Assembly (NCBI GenBank): GCA_030295235.1
Contig: AP026124.1
Coordinates: forward strand, 2,294,001-2,358,000
DNA from: Fistulifera solaris
Lineage: Eukaryota
Length of the DNA stretch: 64,000 nt
Reading direction: 5' to 3'
Both the position numbers and the translations under genes were made by a program. Below are positions 36,124 to 48,638 of the stretch, one piece after another (positions within the stretch are counted from its first letter, which is position 1; each line of letters opens with the position of its first letter). The notes beneath the pieces are model-generated. The model worked only from the letters and a program-made list of their open reading frames with translations, had not been told where the DNA came from and searched no databases.

Positions 36124-37425
36124 TCAACGCAACCACTCATCGTCATTAATAGCGCAGACAATTGTGAACTCAGAAATCTTCAATTTGGCATGGGCAATAA
36201 CATAAATGGAGTCGGCGATGGCCATCAGAGAGCACTGGTGAGCCTCCCTGTCTTCCGAACTGCATTCGAAGTCATTCAGGCGGCCGTGTGAGTTCATAAA
36301 CAAATCCAAATGTCCTTCTTCTTCCTCATGAGCTATTTCGGCGTGGCAATGAACAACTGAACTCATCGGAACGTCATTCATTTGAAACACTTGCGTAGCC
36401 CCGGCCTCCAATGATCCGATTTCGCGTAGCCCACGATGAATGGGTTTCAACATTCGACGGGATCCAGGAGTGCGATAAGTTACATACGAGTCGACCATTG
36501 CCGAGATCTGGCCGGCAGTGAACTCAAAAAGACACTTGTCATCCGAGTAATCCATAAAATTGAAGATAGGATCTTTCAGCAAGTCTCCGGTACAAGTATC
36601 GCGCTGCTCACTCGGGTTGCATCCATAATAGGGGACTCTTTCGGGCGCCGTATCCGCAATCCTGTCACCTGGACTACAAGCGCTATCAAATGTGTGATAC
36701 AATCCCAACCAGTGACCGACTTCGTGAACAAGTGTATCACCCTCATTGTAAGGAGGAGCACCGCCCCGGATCGTATCTCGTGACATGACAACGCCATCAT
36801 CTTTTGGAAAAGAATCATAATCCCAAGGAAACGTCGCATAACCGAGTGTATTTCCTGGTAGATTTGTGTAGTAAACGTTCAAAACACGTTCGTCACCTTT
36901 GCGGAGAGCCTCTTTCATGGCTCCGTCAGCGCCCAAAAACCGGAAACGCACCCATCGTCTTTGTCGTGGTCGGGTCACACAGGCATTCGGGGAGGATACC
37001 GAGTCCGTGACACCATCAAAGTTACCATTCCCATCGAGTTTCGCCATGACGAACGAAATACCCGTATCCGGAGAGCACCGTCCCGAGCACTCAGAAAGAC
37101 TGGCGTCGCAGCAGGACGCGGCCGAATAAGCCATGTTGAGATGATCGAGTTCATCTTGCAACTGCTCATTGGAAATACGTTCCCCACCCAAAAAAGCTCT
37201 TCGCGGAATGTGGAAACACACAGGGACTTCGATGAGTGGGGCACGATACTCGTCGTTCCTTTCGGCCAAGAAAGCTCGGTATTCTTGGGCATACTCGCGA
37301 GCTTTAAGGTCGCTGTCATCCGGGTCTTTTGTTCCACAACGATGCTCTTCGGCGAGATGACGCTCATGCGCGACGGCTGTCACCGCGAGAATGGTAAATA
37401 AGTTGGCAATGTGGATGAACTTCAT
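36124..37425 (-). CDS. Second tandem M43 metalloprotease paralog
   Basis: Signal peptide, HRCGT, HEVGHWLGLYHTF, NFMDYS; colinear with 34353..35714. Confidence 0.92.
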   Translation of the reverse strand: MKFIHIANLFTILAVTAVAHERHLAEEHRCGTKDPDDSDLKAREYAQEYRAFLAERNDEYRAPLIEVPVCFHIPRRAFLGGERISNEQLQDELDHLNMAYSAASCCDASLSECSGRCSPDTGISFVMAKLDGNGNFDGVTDSVSSPNACVTRPRQRRWVRFRFLGADGAMKEALRKGDERVLNVYYTNLPGNTLGYATFPWDYDSFPKDDGVVMSRDTIRGGAPPYNEGDTLVHEVGHWLGLYHTFDSACSPGDRIADTAPERVPYYGCNPSEQRDTCTGDLLKDPIFNFMDYSDDKCLFEFTAGQISAMVDSYVTYRTPGSRRMLKPIHRGLREIGSLEAGATQVFQMNDVPMSSVVHCHAEIAHEEEEGHLDLFMNSHGRLNDFECSSEDREAHQCSLMAIADSIYVIAHAKLKISEFTIVCAINDDEWLR

Positions 37426-38088
37426 GGATTCTTTGTGTCAGGTTTGATTCAATTGTCAATAAATTCGTCGCCTGGAGACCCAGTCTGAATTGTTCGGAAT
37501 GATGTGTGAGAGTTGTGAAACCGAAGACAAAGCACAATGACCGAAATTCTGAAAGGGATCTATGGTCTACGGCAAAATCACGCGTCTCAGATTAGTATAT
37601 AGTACTGATTGTGCTAGATTGTCCGCATACTCTGTGGTACATCTTCCCAGCAAAATAGGCCCAAGTCAGTTCTATTGACTTTCGACCTATGTTCTCTGGA
37701 CAAAATGGCGCTACTGCTGGATCCTATAGCGAATGACAACTGGGTACCGGTACGTCAAATGGCTCTACCGTCTGGCCTTCAACGAGACGCCCGGGTTCCA
37801 TCGGAGGAAGTACGTACGAATGGTCTCCGAGGAACACAAAGATAGCAAGAGAAAGAGCGAGAGATCCGGTGTCAACCGATCCGTTCGATGATGTTGTAGC
37901 ATACGAGACATTTATTGAAGGTCGGATGCTGAGCTTGAACACTTCGTGTAGATACATAGAGAAGAACTGAGATAGAAAAAGCGAGTCGGTTCAGAGTGAA
38001 AGCGACGTTATAAAATCATCGGCAGCATTTGCCCATCACTGAGTGGAGGAGTCAAGAGTTGCTGAAAAGTTTCAAATAGTTACCCACA

Positions 38089-40892
38089 ATGAGACGACAG
38101 CATACCTCTTTACACGCTCTCCGCTGGTCTTTTATTTTGATTTCACTGCTCGTGGTGATTGCTCCTGTTCCAGCTTTTCTGGTTTCTCAACAACGATGCA
38201 GTCGACGCAGAGCAAATTCATGGTTCAATCGAGTAGCGGTGTTGAAAGAAAACGACGCGGTGGAAACAGCGATCAACACGACGACGCTATCTGAACAAGA
38301 CTTGAACATGAGTGATTTGTCGAAAATCAACGGATTACCGCAGGACATAAACATCACCGACATTAGTCAAAATGAAACTATTACTACCCCCGAAGATTTT
38401 ATGATGGATTTGGTCAATGAAATCAACGAACGTGTACTGAACGGGACGGCTCAGCTGCTAGGAGATTTGACCGAAAACTTGGACGAGAAATTGATGGGCT
38501 TGCCGGACACTACCACTGCTAGTGAAATGTCGTCGTACTTGGTCGAATTCGCTAATCGAATGCAAAAGGCGCAAGAGATGGAATTGCAAAAGCAAGTCAG
38601 AGAAATAGAAAAACGATTCATTGAGCCTTTTGAGGAACTGGCATTTTCCGACGTGCCACTGTGGAAGAACAATAAGGCCGCGGTAGATTCGACGAGTTCG
38701 TCGGAGATGTCGACTATGGAGCCCAGTGATTTGGTGCTCTTGGGGAAGAATTCCACTATACCGGAAACACGCAAGATGCGAACAAGTGAGATATTGCGAA
38801 ACTTCAATGTCGCTCCTTTCTATTATTCTATTGCACTGTTTTCACGGTGGGCGCAAAAAGCTTCGTTTCCTTCGATATATGTCATGTCTCTGTATAAGTG
38901 GTTAGCTAGTCTGATCAAAACCAACAACAACGGCAAAAGCGGAACTAACGTTTATGGTGGTGAAACGTTGCAAGCCGGGTGGAAGAGAACGGGAGAGATT
39001 GCCGCCAAGGGACCGATGGCGCGGAAATGGGCAATTTTACGACGATCCGCTGAGATTTGGGCGTACTTTTCGTCGTTTTACATAAAGGATCGGCGAATCG
39101 TATCCAAGTACAACCGAGGACAATGGTCTGAAGAAAAATTCAAAGAGGAGCGTCGTAAACTGGGAGCAGAAGTGACACAGAATTTGCTAAAACTGGGACC
39201 TACATTCATCAAAGTCGGTCAGTTGTTCAGTACACGCATTGACATCGTTCCACCAGAATACATCGAAGAGCTGAAGCTACTTCAAGATCAAGTTCCTCCT
39301 TTTTCGGGTGATTTGGCTGTTGAAATTGTGGAAAGGGAACTCGGAAAGCCAATAGGCGAATTATTTGATGAATTCAATCGAACATCATTGGCTGCGGCGT
39401 CGTTGGGACAAGTCCATGTTGCACGTAAAGGCAATCAACTTTTAGCTGTCAAAATCCAGCGCCAATACTTACGCGAGCTATTTGAAGTTGATTTGGGCCA
39501 GCTAAGACAAGTCGCTGTTTTTGCAGATGCTTTAGATTTGCAGTCCGAAGGTGGCTTATTAGATCGCAATACCAAGCGAGACTGGGTTAGTGTCTTTGAA
39601 GAAAGCAAACGCTTATTATACGAAGAGATCGATTATTTGAACGAAATGAAGAACTGCGATAAATTTCGTAAAAATTTCGATGGATACAAGTTTCGATATA
39701 TACGGGCCCCCATGACATACCCGGAATTTACGACAGAAAAAGTCATGGCCATGGAGTTTCTGCCGGGAATTAAGGTGACCGACAAGAAAAGGCTGATTGA
39801 GGAGGGGCTGGATCCAATTGATATTAGTGTCAAAATGGCCGAGGCTTTTCTAGAGCAGCTTTGTCGCCATGGCTTCTTTCACAGTGACCCTCAGTACGTA
39901 CTAACAAAGACCTCATGATTCAAAGTACCATTTGTGTGATGTCATCTAACTTGTTTCTTTTTGACAGCCCTGGAAATGTTGCCGTGGAGCGCGCGGAGAA
40001 TGGAGAAGCTCGCTTGATCTTCTACGACTTTGGTATGATGGATTCTTTTGGAGAAGTTCAGCGGAAGGGATTAGTAGATTTCTTCTTTGCCGTTTACTAC
40101 GACGCAAATGTTCGCGATGCTTGCAATGCATTAGAACGGCTGGGAATGCTACGAACAGGTCCCGATATTGACCGTATTGCCGTTGAGCGCGTAGGACAGG
40201 ATTTCATTGATCGGTTTCAGGAAACACTGAAAAGAGACGCAACATGGGAGAATGAGCTGAGCGAACAAGAACGTCAACGAATCAATAGAGATAGACGCAA
40301 GAAGTTGGGCGAAGAGTTTCTCTCATTGAACCGCGATTCACCATTTGTCTTTCCACCGACTTGGACTTTTGTTTTCCGAGCATTCTTTTCTATAGATGGG
40401 ATTGGCAAAACTTTGAACCCGAAATACGATTTGACCCGACTGACTCTGCCTTATCTCAAGGAATTGTTGGATTTAAAAGATGGAAATGCCATCAAAACGA
40501 CTCTTCTCCGAATCGGTAAACGCCTTGGCTTACGGCCAATCGATATTCAGCAAGCTATTACGCAGCCCAGAAGAGTAGCCAATGTTGAAGATATCTTGAC
40601 TCGATTAGAGAAGGGTGATTTCAAACTACGAGTCCGAGCATCCGAACTTGAACGGGAGCTGGAACGAAGCAAAATACTACAGCGAGGTACTCTAGAAGCA
40701 GTTTTATCGGGTGTTTTGCTGCAGAGTGCACTGACGTTAGTGTCAGTCGGCAACAGTGGGAGATGGGTTGTTCCTGCCAGTCGAACTATCATCGGCGTGG
40801 CAGCGGTACTAGCCGTTCGAGTGCCCTTGGCAATGATTCGTATTCGAAACCTCGACAAATACAATGAACGCTATGGCGTAACCAAGAGATAG
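38089..40892 (+). CDS. ABC1/UbiB atypical kinase (ABC1K7/8-like), plastid-targeted; intron 39894-39967
   Basis: [35 protein letters not shown], spliced HSDPH|PGN, YDFGM; presequence VPA-F. Confidence 0.93.
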
Positions 40893-41110
40893 AAACTGGT
40901 ATAGCCCCTCTCTCTAGACCTTTAATGTTATGTCGCTTACTGTGCCAAGACTCCTCTGCGCAGAGCAAAACCTAGTTTTGAAAGACATCGTAGCGGTACT
41001 AAAAATATTGTCTCACTTGCGAAAGCGCTTGTCTATAATCTAAGGTGTCTCTACACAAATTATCAGAACACGTTTCGTATGTAATTTGCATCTCCATAAG
41101 AACTCGCCAA

Positions 41111-42413
41111 ATGATAATTCCTTCCGACAACCATTTCACCATCTCAAAAGGGAATGCAAAGAGCCTCCTTCCGGCAAAGGAATGCATTAGAATACTTCCA
41201 AGAATGACAGAAATGTCTAATTTACTTCCAGAGATAGTTCAAACGACATCAAAAGATGTCGAAAACGCATCTACGTTTCGGATTACTGGCATATCACCAT
41301 ACACGGTTGAAAGGTGGAACTCATCCAGATATCGTAATCGATCACAAGACAGATTCCAAGCGGCAGAAATACCAATACACAGTACTGTTCAGAATAAACA
41401 TGAGGAACGAGGCATTTGTCGTCAATCTGCAGTTATCGAAGAGACTCGATTCGTTCCGCCAATGCAATCAGCAGCTTTCCAGTCTAGCCTCGACCGAAGC
41501 ACAGAGTCTATGAAAAGCGGGGAAACGCGAGACTCCCCTATCATGGAGTCCACAATACAGTCGTTAACCGACTCGGGCTGTCAACAATACGAGTTTGGAC
41601 GTTACGAAAGCGCCGAAGCGGAGTTTAGGGTGGCCTTGCAAGCGTCTCAAGAATCGTCACTCCACGTGGCTGCCGTGCTCTGTGGAAATTTAGGCGCAAC
41701 GCATCTACAGCTAGGGAACTACAGCAGGGCCAAATTGTATTTACAAAAGGGATTACAGTGGAAAAAGAGTGCACATCGTCTACCACCTTCGATGTCTTGA
41801 TGAACTTGGGAAATCTGACAGCGTGTGAAAGCTTGGAAGAAAGCGTGGAATGGTATCACATGGCGGTGGAAGATCTAGAATCTAACCAAGGAAGTGAGGA
41901 GGACTGGGCAAATGTCCTTTTCAATTTAGGCCGAGTGTACGTGCAACACCAGCAATGGGAAACAGCAAGAAAGTTCTTAGAAGAAGCTTATCACTGGACG
42001 AAAGAAGCTTACTGTGAAGATCATAACTCGATGGCCGAAACATTCGATCTATTGGGACTTGTTCACATGGCGCAACAGCATTACGATCAAGCCTTGGTAG
42101 CGTTTACCCGTGCCATGGCGATTCATCGACATTCAAGGGCCCCTTTCACCGAAACATAGCACAATCATTACTCAATATGGGGCTGTTGCGTGAGTGTCAA
42201 GGTGAATGGTCCGACGCCTGGGAGGCTTACACTACGGCACATGATTTATTGCTACGATTACGTACAAAACAAAATGATCCATTGCTGGAAATGGTTTGTC
42301 AAAGCATTCATGCAGTGGAAGTTTTGATTGCGAGACAAACCCGAGATCGAATGCTACAAAGATCAAGATCGGCACGCACGCATTATAGAGCTGCGTACGC
42401 GTCAACTATATAA
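41111..42413 (+). CDS. TPR-repeat protein (start uncertain; frameshifts near 41764 and 42138)
   Basis: Repeats NLGATHLQLGNYSRAK, NLGRVY..QQWETARKFLEEA, LLGLVH..YDQAL..F.RA, NMG..RECQGEW.DA. Confidence 0.8.
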
Positions 42414-42441
42414 GCTCATTAAGTATCCAGCAGACTTATAA

Positions 42442-42744
42442 TCACTTCGATTTGGTTGCGTTGTCTTTCAAATGATCGTACAAACCCTCTTCGAGCCACA
42501 GATCTTCATCCGTCTTCTTTACATTCGTTCGTCCCTTTTTTCCGTCCTTGCGAGGCGGAATTCGATTCTTGACGCGACGTTCCATAGCCTGCCACATAGG
42601 TTGTAAATCTTCATCCCCTTTTATTATTTGCGCCGGTTCAAGAAATTTGCGCTTCAACTTATCGAGTTGGTCCTTTCTCCATGATGGGGGAGGCGTTGTT
42701 AGTAACCTCCTGTGTAAACATGTTTGTGCCGTTCGTTTCCACAT
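42442..42744 (-). CDS. Small basic hypothetical protein, possible mitochondrial presequence
   Basis: 100-aa ORF MWKRTAQTCLHRRLL...QPMWQAMERRV...WLEEGLY; convergent with the TPR gene. Confidence 0.6.
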   Translation of the reverse strand: MWKRTAQTCLHRRLLTTPPPSWRKDQLDKLKRKFLEPAQIIKGDEDLQPMWQAMERRVKNRIPPRKDGKKGRTNVKKTDEDLWLEEGLYDHLKDNATKSK

Positions 42745-44149
42745 CCCTGGGATGTATGTGATGATGAGCGAAACGATATGTTGCAATGGCAAATAGATAA
42801 TTGCAGTTCAACAATAAAGTGGGAATGATCTTCTAAAATCGAAAATGCGGTCGATCCATCGAAGAGAATAAAACTGCGATCGAGACTAGTGACTTCTTTA
42901 GTCCCGGACGGACGACGAAATAATACGGAGTAGAAGAGAACCCCTGGTAGGGATGTAGACTCTAGAGACCTTCCTAATTTTCTGATCATATTCTGTTGAG
43001 CTAGGGCGTACTACGATGATCTCACAAAGAAAGCGCATTGCGAGCTTTTCGATAGATTTCACGTCTTGATAAGGAGCAATTGAGATACGTGTTTTTCCTT
43101 TCTCATATGATTTGTTCTTTCTGCTGTGAACTAGAAAACGAAAAACCACATGAATATTATTTATCGTAATTGCTAAAATGCTAAAACAAATGTGGAAAGT
43201 AGAGCCAGCAACTCTAGGAAGGAGCTAGAGGCTATGATAATAAAATCTCTTACTTTATCTAGTATTACGGGAAAATGTGTCAAGCCATCCTAATTGATAT
43301 TTTGCAAAATAATTAGCTATACATTTAATTATTCATTCGTCATTATTAGCGTCGTCTATTGCTTCGTTTAGTACTTTGATTTCTTCATGACAAATTCACT
43401 TTTACCAGTCGGTTCTTGACCCATTAAATGTTCCCCATCGGGGCGTAAGGATCGATCAACTTTGAGAAAGTCCAATGTAGGTCCTTTCTTGGAATTTGCA
43501 TCGTTCTGAGAAAAACGAGAAACTGTCAGCCACGAGCCAAGCAGACAAGAGTCGCGACATTGCTGGCACTCATTTCTTCTGTCGCACCTTGTGGTCGTCG
43601 TCGGGCTTTTCCATTGTGACTACTAGGATTCTCTTCGAAGCGTCTCTTTACTCTGCTTTGATTATGTTGCTGTTGGATGGTTTGTTGGATGGTTTGTTGG
43701 ATTATTGTGAGATCAACGAAACGACGAGAGGAATGATGTTTTCGTTGCGCAAAGAAATCAACGAACGCGATCTCTCACGTACATTTCTTTTAATAGTAAG
43801 GTGTCAATGAATCTTCCACTTTGTGGTAAAGAGTGCTGGAGGATGAATTCTCGTTCCATGTTCAGTGTTCGCCACGAAAGAAAACGAGAACGGGACTGCT
43901 AGATAAAATTCTGTCCCGGACAGTCCGTTCGCCTCACCTGCATGACAGCATGATCTGTCCTTCAACCTTCGCTAACCGAAACAACGCACACCGCCGCCGA
44001 CGACCGACGACGACTCCCCTCCTCGCCGCGCCGATACCTCGTAGATTACGGCACTAGATTTCAACCTTATAATTTCCATTGCAATCCTTTGTTATTTATC
44101 TCATTATTTGTTTTGTTAAGTCACTGTCGCAACAAGCCGCGAGTTCAAA

Positions 44150-44944
44150 ATGTCAGTCGTCGGAAACAACCGCATCGGAATTCCCATTGTCGTTTTGCAC
44201 GACGCCGAAGGCGCCGTCGTCGAAGTCGAGACGATTCACGGCGAATGGATCCGCGGCTTGCTGTTTGAAGCGGAAGACATGATGAATTTGTACATCAAAA
44301 ATGCGGTGGTTGTCGACAGTACTCAACGGAAACGTAAGACGCCGCAAGTTTATGTGCGAGGTTCCGAAATTCTCTTTATTGTCTTGCCGGAAATGCTGCA
44401 GCATGCTCCAATGTTTCAACGGTACGTACTTTTAGGGGGTGCTGACGCGTGCGTGCGTAAATGTTTGCGTGCGTGTTACGAGTATCCTTTGTGGCACTGT
44501 ACGGCATAAATTTGGTTGTTTTTCGACGTGTTCGAGGTTTGCCAGTGCGTTATGGTGTGTGTCGTTGTGTTGACAAAGAAAAGCATTGGGCGAGTGTCAG
44601 GTGAGTGCAGGCTTTGTGTAAAAACTTGACTGAACTCCTTTGCCTCACTCTGAAATACTTTATTGTCGCAGTATTCGGCATTGGCGTAAACACGGAGGTG
44701 CACCCCCGGAAGGGTGGGACAAGCCGTCGGACAAGCGGCTGCCATTATTCGCAAAGCCACGGAGCGGCGTGGACGTGGCGGATTTGGTGGTGGCGGCGGC
44801 GGCGGCGGCGGCGGCAGAGGAGGTTTCGGCGGCGGAGGAGGAAACTTTGGGGGAAGAGGGAGCTTTGGTGGTGGGGGAAACTTTGGAGGAGGACGAACTG
44901 GAATGGGACGAGGAGGACCGCCCGGTCCGTACGGTCCTCGATAA
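44150..44944 (+). CDS. SNRPD3: Small nuclear ribonucleoprotein Sm D3; intron 44422-44671; G-run frameshift near 44713
   Basis: IGIPIVVLHDAEG..V.VET..GE..RG.L.EAED.MN, VYVRGS.I.FIVLPEMLQHAPMF; RG/RGG-rich tail. Confidence 0.92.
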
Positions 44945-45298
44945 TGCAGATTTGGCCCTTTCTCTGTAGGCTACCCCTATTTACATCTAAGTCGTTCGTC
45001 TCCCATCTATCTAGCTCCTACTAGTCATTTCCCGCATTCTTGCTGTAAGATCTAGCGATGCTGTCTACCAGGTAGCATCGCATCCTAGCCAACTTGCTGT
45101 CTTGCCGTACGTGCGTAGGTCGTAGGTGTGAAAATAATGTGAAAAGAACCTCCCTCCGTCTGCCCTTTCTTCGGCTTTTGTTACGGCTCCAACAAAAATC
45201 TGTTTTCGACAAAACTCAAATCCATTTTATCGTGAAATTGACTCTACAATATCAATACAAATACAACTCCATTTTTATTGATCAGCAAAAATACTATC

Positions 45299-46096
45299 AT
45301 GACATCTATGCAAATCGACAGCGCGACAGCCGACGCCGAAGCCTTGGTGGCTCCGGCGATACGGGGCGGCCTCTCCCCAGCGCCGCCCGGTTGTTCCGAG
45401 TTTATCGCACCATGGCCAATTTACTCGAACAGCGAGGCTACATGGTTCCGAGAGAGCTAAGAGAAATCACTCCGGCTCAATTTCAACAAAAGTTTGGTAA
45501 TGATTCCATTAATCGGGAAACATTGACCTTGTTGGTGGAAAAGGCCGATGATGAACACGATCAGTTGTTTGTCTTTTTTCCCGAAGATGAAAAAGTCGGA
45601 GTGAAGCCCATTAAAGTTTATACGGATCGTATGCGTGCGGAAGGTACGAACGATTTGAGTGCACCGAATCGCGGATGCGTCATCCTTTGACTTGTTTCGG
45701 TTGGACTTCTTACATTACGCTGTCCTTTGCATTTTTTCTGTTGTCTGTTTCGCAGGCGTCTCCAACGCCATCATGGTCCTCAAAGTCGATATTACACCCT
45801 TTGCGAAACAGGCAGTCCAAGAAATGAGTGACTCGTTTCGCATGGAACATTTCAAGGAAAGCGAATTGCTCGTTGACATTACCCAACATCAACTGGTGCC
45901 GCAACATCAAGTTTTGACGGCCGCCGAAAAAGCCGAATTGTTGAAACGGTATCGATTGAAAGACACGCAACTGCCGCGAATTCAGCCGAATGACCCCATC
46001 GCGCGTTATTACGGAATGAAGCGAGGACAAGTCGTCAAAATCATTCGACCGAGTGAGACGGCGGGGCGGTATGTCACGTACCGCGTTTGTATGTAA
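45299..46096 (+). CDS. RPB5: RNA polymerase I/II/III common subunit RPB5; intron 45644-45755; C-run frameshift near 45376
   Basis: RLFRVYRT..L..RGY, KVGVKPIK, ELLVDITQHQLVPQH, QLPRIQ..DPIARYYG, IIRPSETAGRYVTYR. Confidence 0.95.
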
Positions 46097-46885
46097 TAGA
46101 AAGGCTACTGGTTCTATAAACAATCTTTGTAGTTTTAAGGATACCTGGTCGAAAAAAGGGAGTAGTTCATTACTCTAGTACGTTGGCAGCAATCTAATTG
46201 AATGAAACGTTAATTCTTGGCCTCGAACAACTAAAGCTTCGCTGTCCTTCAACTGGTGACAAAAACCCGGATGAGAAATGAAAAACTAGGTGCCGCTTTA
46301 TTTCGTTGTTGTTGAGCTTCGGCCCACACAAGAACTGTCAAAAGATTGAAGAAGTAATACTTGATTCCGACAACAGCCTGAAAACTATACAGTAGTTCGG
46401 GGATCTCTAGAGAGACTGATTGTGGTATTATGATAAATTGTACCGTCAGTCTCACTGGAGAGAGCACGGCCGTTACAACTAATTCGAACCCTCTCCCTAG
46501 AGAGATGCTTCACTCTTTCGACTCGTCATCGTTCTAGAGTCGCAGTGGCTCACGACGTGGAGATTTCGTGTGACAAGGAAAGATTCCTTCGAACGAGTGG
46601 GTGGACTGGTGGACTCCGATTATGTCGCAGCGCAAAGCGATATGCTTGGATTTGTGTGGTGGTGAGGATTTTCACGCCATTGGTGCGATCGCCAACTTTC
46701 GGCACGTTCCTACAGAATGACGATACACTCGCTAAGCAACTGTGCCTTATTGTGTGTCATTGGAAGTACGTGTATCCTTTCGCGGATTTTTTTTCTCTTT
46801 TGGGCTCCCCCCCATCGAAAAAGACATTCTTTCACAATTTTTCTAGTTCGTTGCTAACAGAATCGCACCAACACACACGTTCGTC

Positions 46886-48533
46886 ATGTCTACTGGAGAT
46901 TACAAAGGTAAGCAACTTATAATATACTTACAGTGTCAATTGTGCGATAGATGTGGGAAACAAAAGGGTTACGAGAAGATTCAGTCGCCGTAGAAAAATG
47001 CTTTCGTCGAATGTCGATCGTCATTGCTGTCGAAGATGTATTGCAGCAAAAGTCTTCTCCTCACCACTTCTCTAACACAAATCCTTTCTTTTCTTCTTAA
47101 AATCAGTCGCTGATATCAGTCTTGCCGATTATGGTCGCAAGGACATTCAACTCGCCGAGGTTGAGATGCCTGGTTTGATGGCCTGCCGTGAGGAGTTTGG
47201 AACCACCAAGCCTTTGCAGGGTGCTCGTGTTTCTGGAAGTTTGCACATGACCATTCAGACCGCCGTCCTCATTGAAACTCTTAAAGAGATGGGAGGTGAC
47301 ATTCGTTGGTGCTCATGCAACATTTTCTCGACTCAGGACCACGCCGCCGCCGCCATTGCCCGTGATGAGTCGGCCGCCGTCTTTGCGTGGAAGGGAGAGT
47401 CCTTGGAAGAATACTGGGAGTGCACGTTGAATGCTATCACTTGGCCCAATGATGATGGCAAGGGCCACGGACCTGATTTGATTGTCGATGACGGTGGTGA
47501 TATGACTCTTTTGATTCATGAAGGAAAGAAAGCCGAAGACCAATTTCTGAAGGACGGCACTTTGCCCGATCCGGAATCCACCACCAATGCCGAATTCAAG
47601 ATTGTGTTGGGAATCATCAAGCGTCTTCTCGAGGCTGGTGAAACCGACAAGTGGAACAAGATTGCCGCTCGCTGTAAGGGTGTTTCGGAGGAGACTACTA
47701 CTGGTGTCCATCGCCTCTACACCATGGAGAAGAACGGAAGTCTTCTCTTCACAGCTATCAACGTGAACGACTCTGTCACCAAGTCCAAGTTCGACAACCT
47801 TTACGGATGCAAGCACAGTTTGCCTGATGGTATCATGCGTGCTACTGATGTCATGTTGGCTGGAAAGAAGGCCGTCATTTGCGGATACGGAGATGTCGGT
47901 AAGGGCTGTGCCGCCGCCATGCGCGCCAACGGCTGTGTTGTCTTTGTCACCGAAATCGATCCTATCTGCGCCTTGCAGGCCTGCATGGAAGGTTACACGG
48001 TCACCACACTCGAGGATGTCTTGTCCACGGCTGATATCTTTATCACCACCACCGGTAACAAGGGTATCATCATGAAGGAGCACATGCACCAAATGAAGAA
48101 CAACGCCATCGTTGGTAACATTGGTCACTTTGACAACGAAATTGACATGGACGGTATCCTCTCTTCTTGCGAACGTATCAACATCAAGCCCCAGGTGGAC
48201 AAGTTCGTTTTCCCAGACACTGGAAAGGGTGTCATTGTTTTGGCCGAAGGTCGTTTGCTCAACTTGGGTTGCGCTACTGGTCACCCTTCGTTCGTCATGA
48301 GCTCCAGTTTTACCAACCAGGTTTTGGCGCAAGTCGAACTCTGGGTCGAGAAAGACTCGGGCAAGTACCAAAGCGGCAAGGTTTATGTTCTCCCCAAGAC
48401 TTTGGACGAGAAGGTCGCTCGTTTGCATTTGGGTTCGTTGGGCGCTAAGTTGACGGTGTTGACAAAGGAACAGTCCGACTACATTGGCGTTCCTGTCGAA
48501 GGTCCCTTCAAGCCTGATACCTACCGTTATTAA
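46886..48533 (+). CDS. SAHH: S-adenosylhomocysteine hydrolase; intron 46908-47106
   Basis: Spliced [64 protein letters not shown]; carries the plant-type ~40-aa insert. Confidence 0.98.
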
Positions 48534-48638
48534 GCTGTATACATACTCAGTGCTAAATCTTTACTAAGAAGGTGCACGAAATTATTGCCATCTTATCTTT
48601 AAGGTAGCCTCAAAACTCAAAACTGTTCATTCGTTGTG

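Noticed and set aside
46455..46500. tRNA-like TTCGAACC loop
   Set aside because: No cloverleaf, D-arm or anticodon arm can be built.
46908..47106. SAH riboswitch or snoRNA in the 199-nt SAHH intron
   Set aside because: Only short stems (gagaagat/gtcttctc, ttgctg/cagcaa); no SAH-riboswitch consensus and no C/D box pair.
47313..48428. 371-aa antisense ORF over SAHH
   Set aside because: Shadow ORF expected from the strong codon bias of a highly expressed gene; no recognisable motifs.
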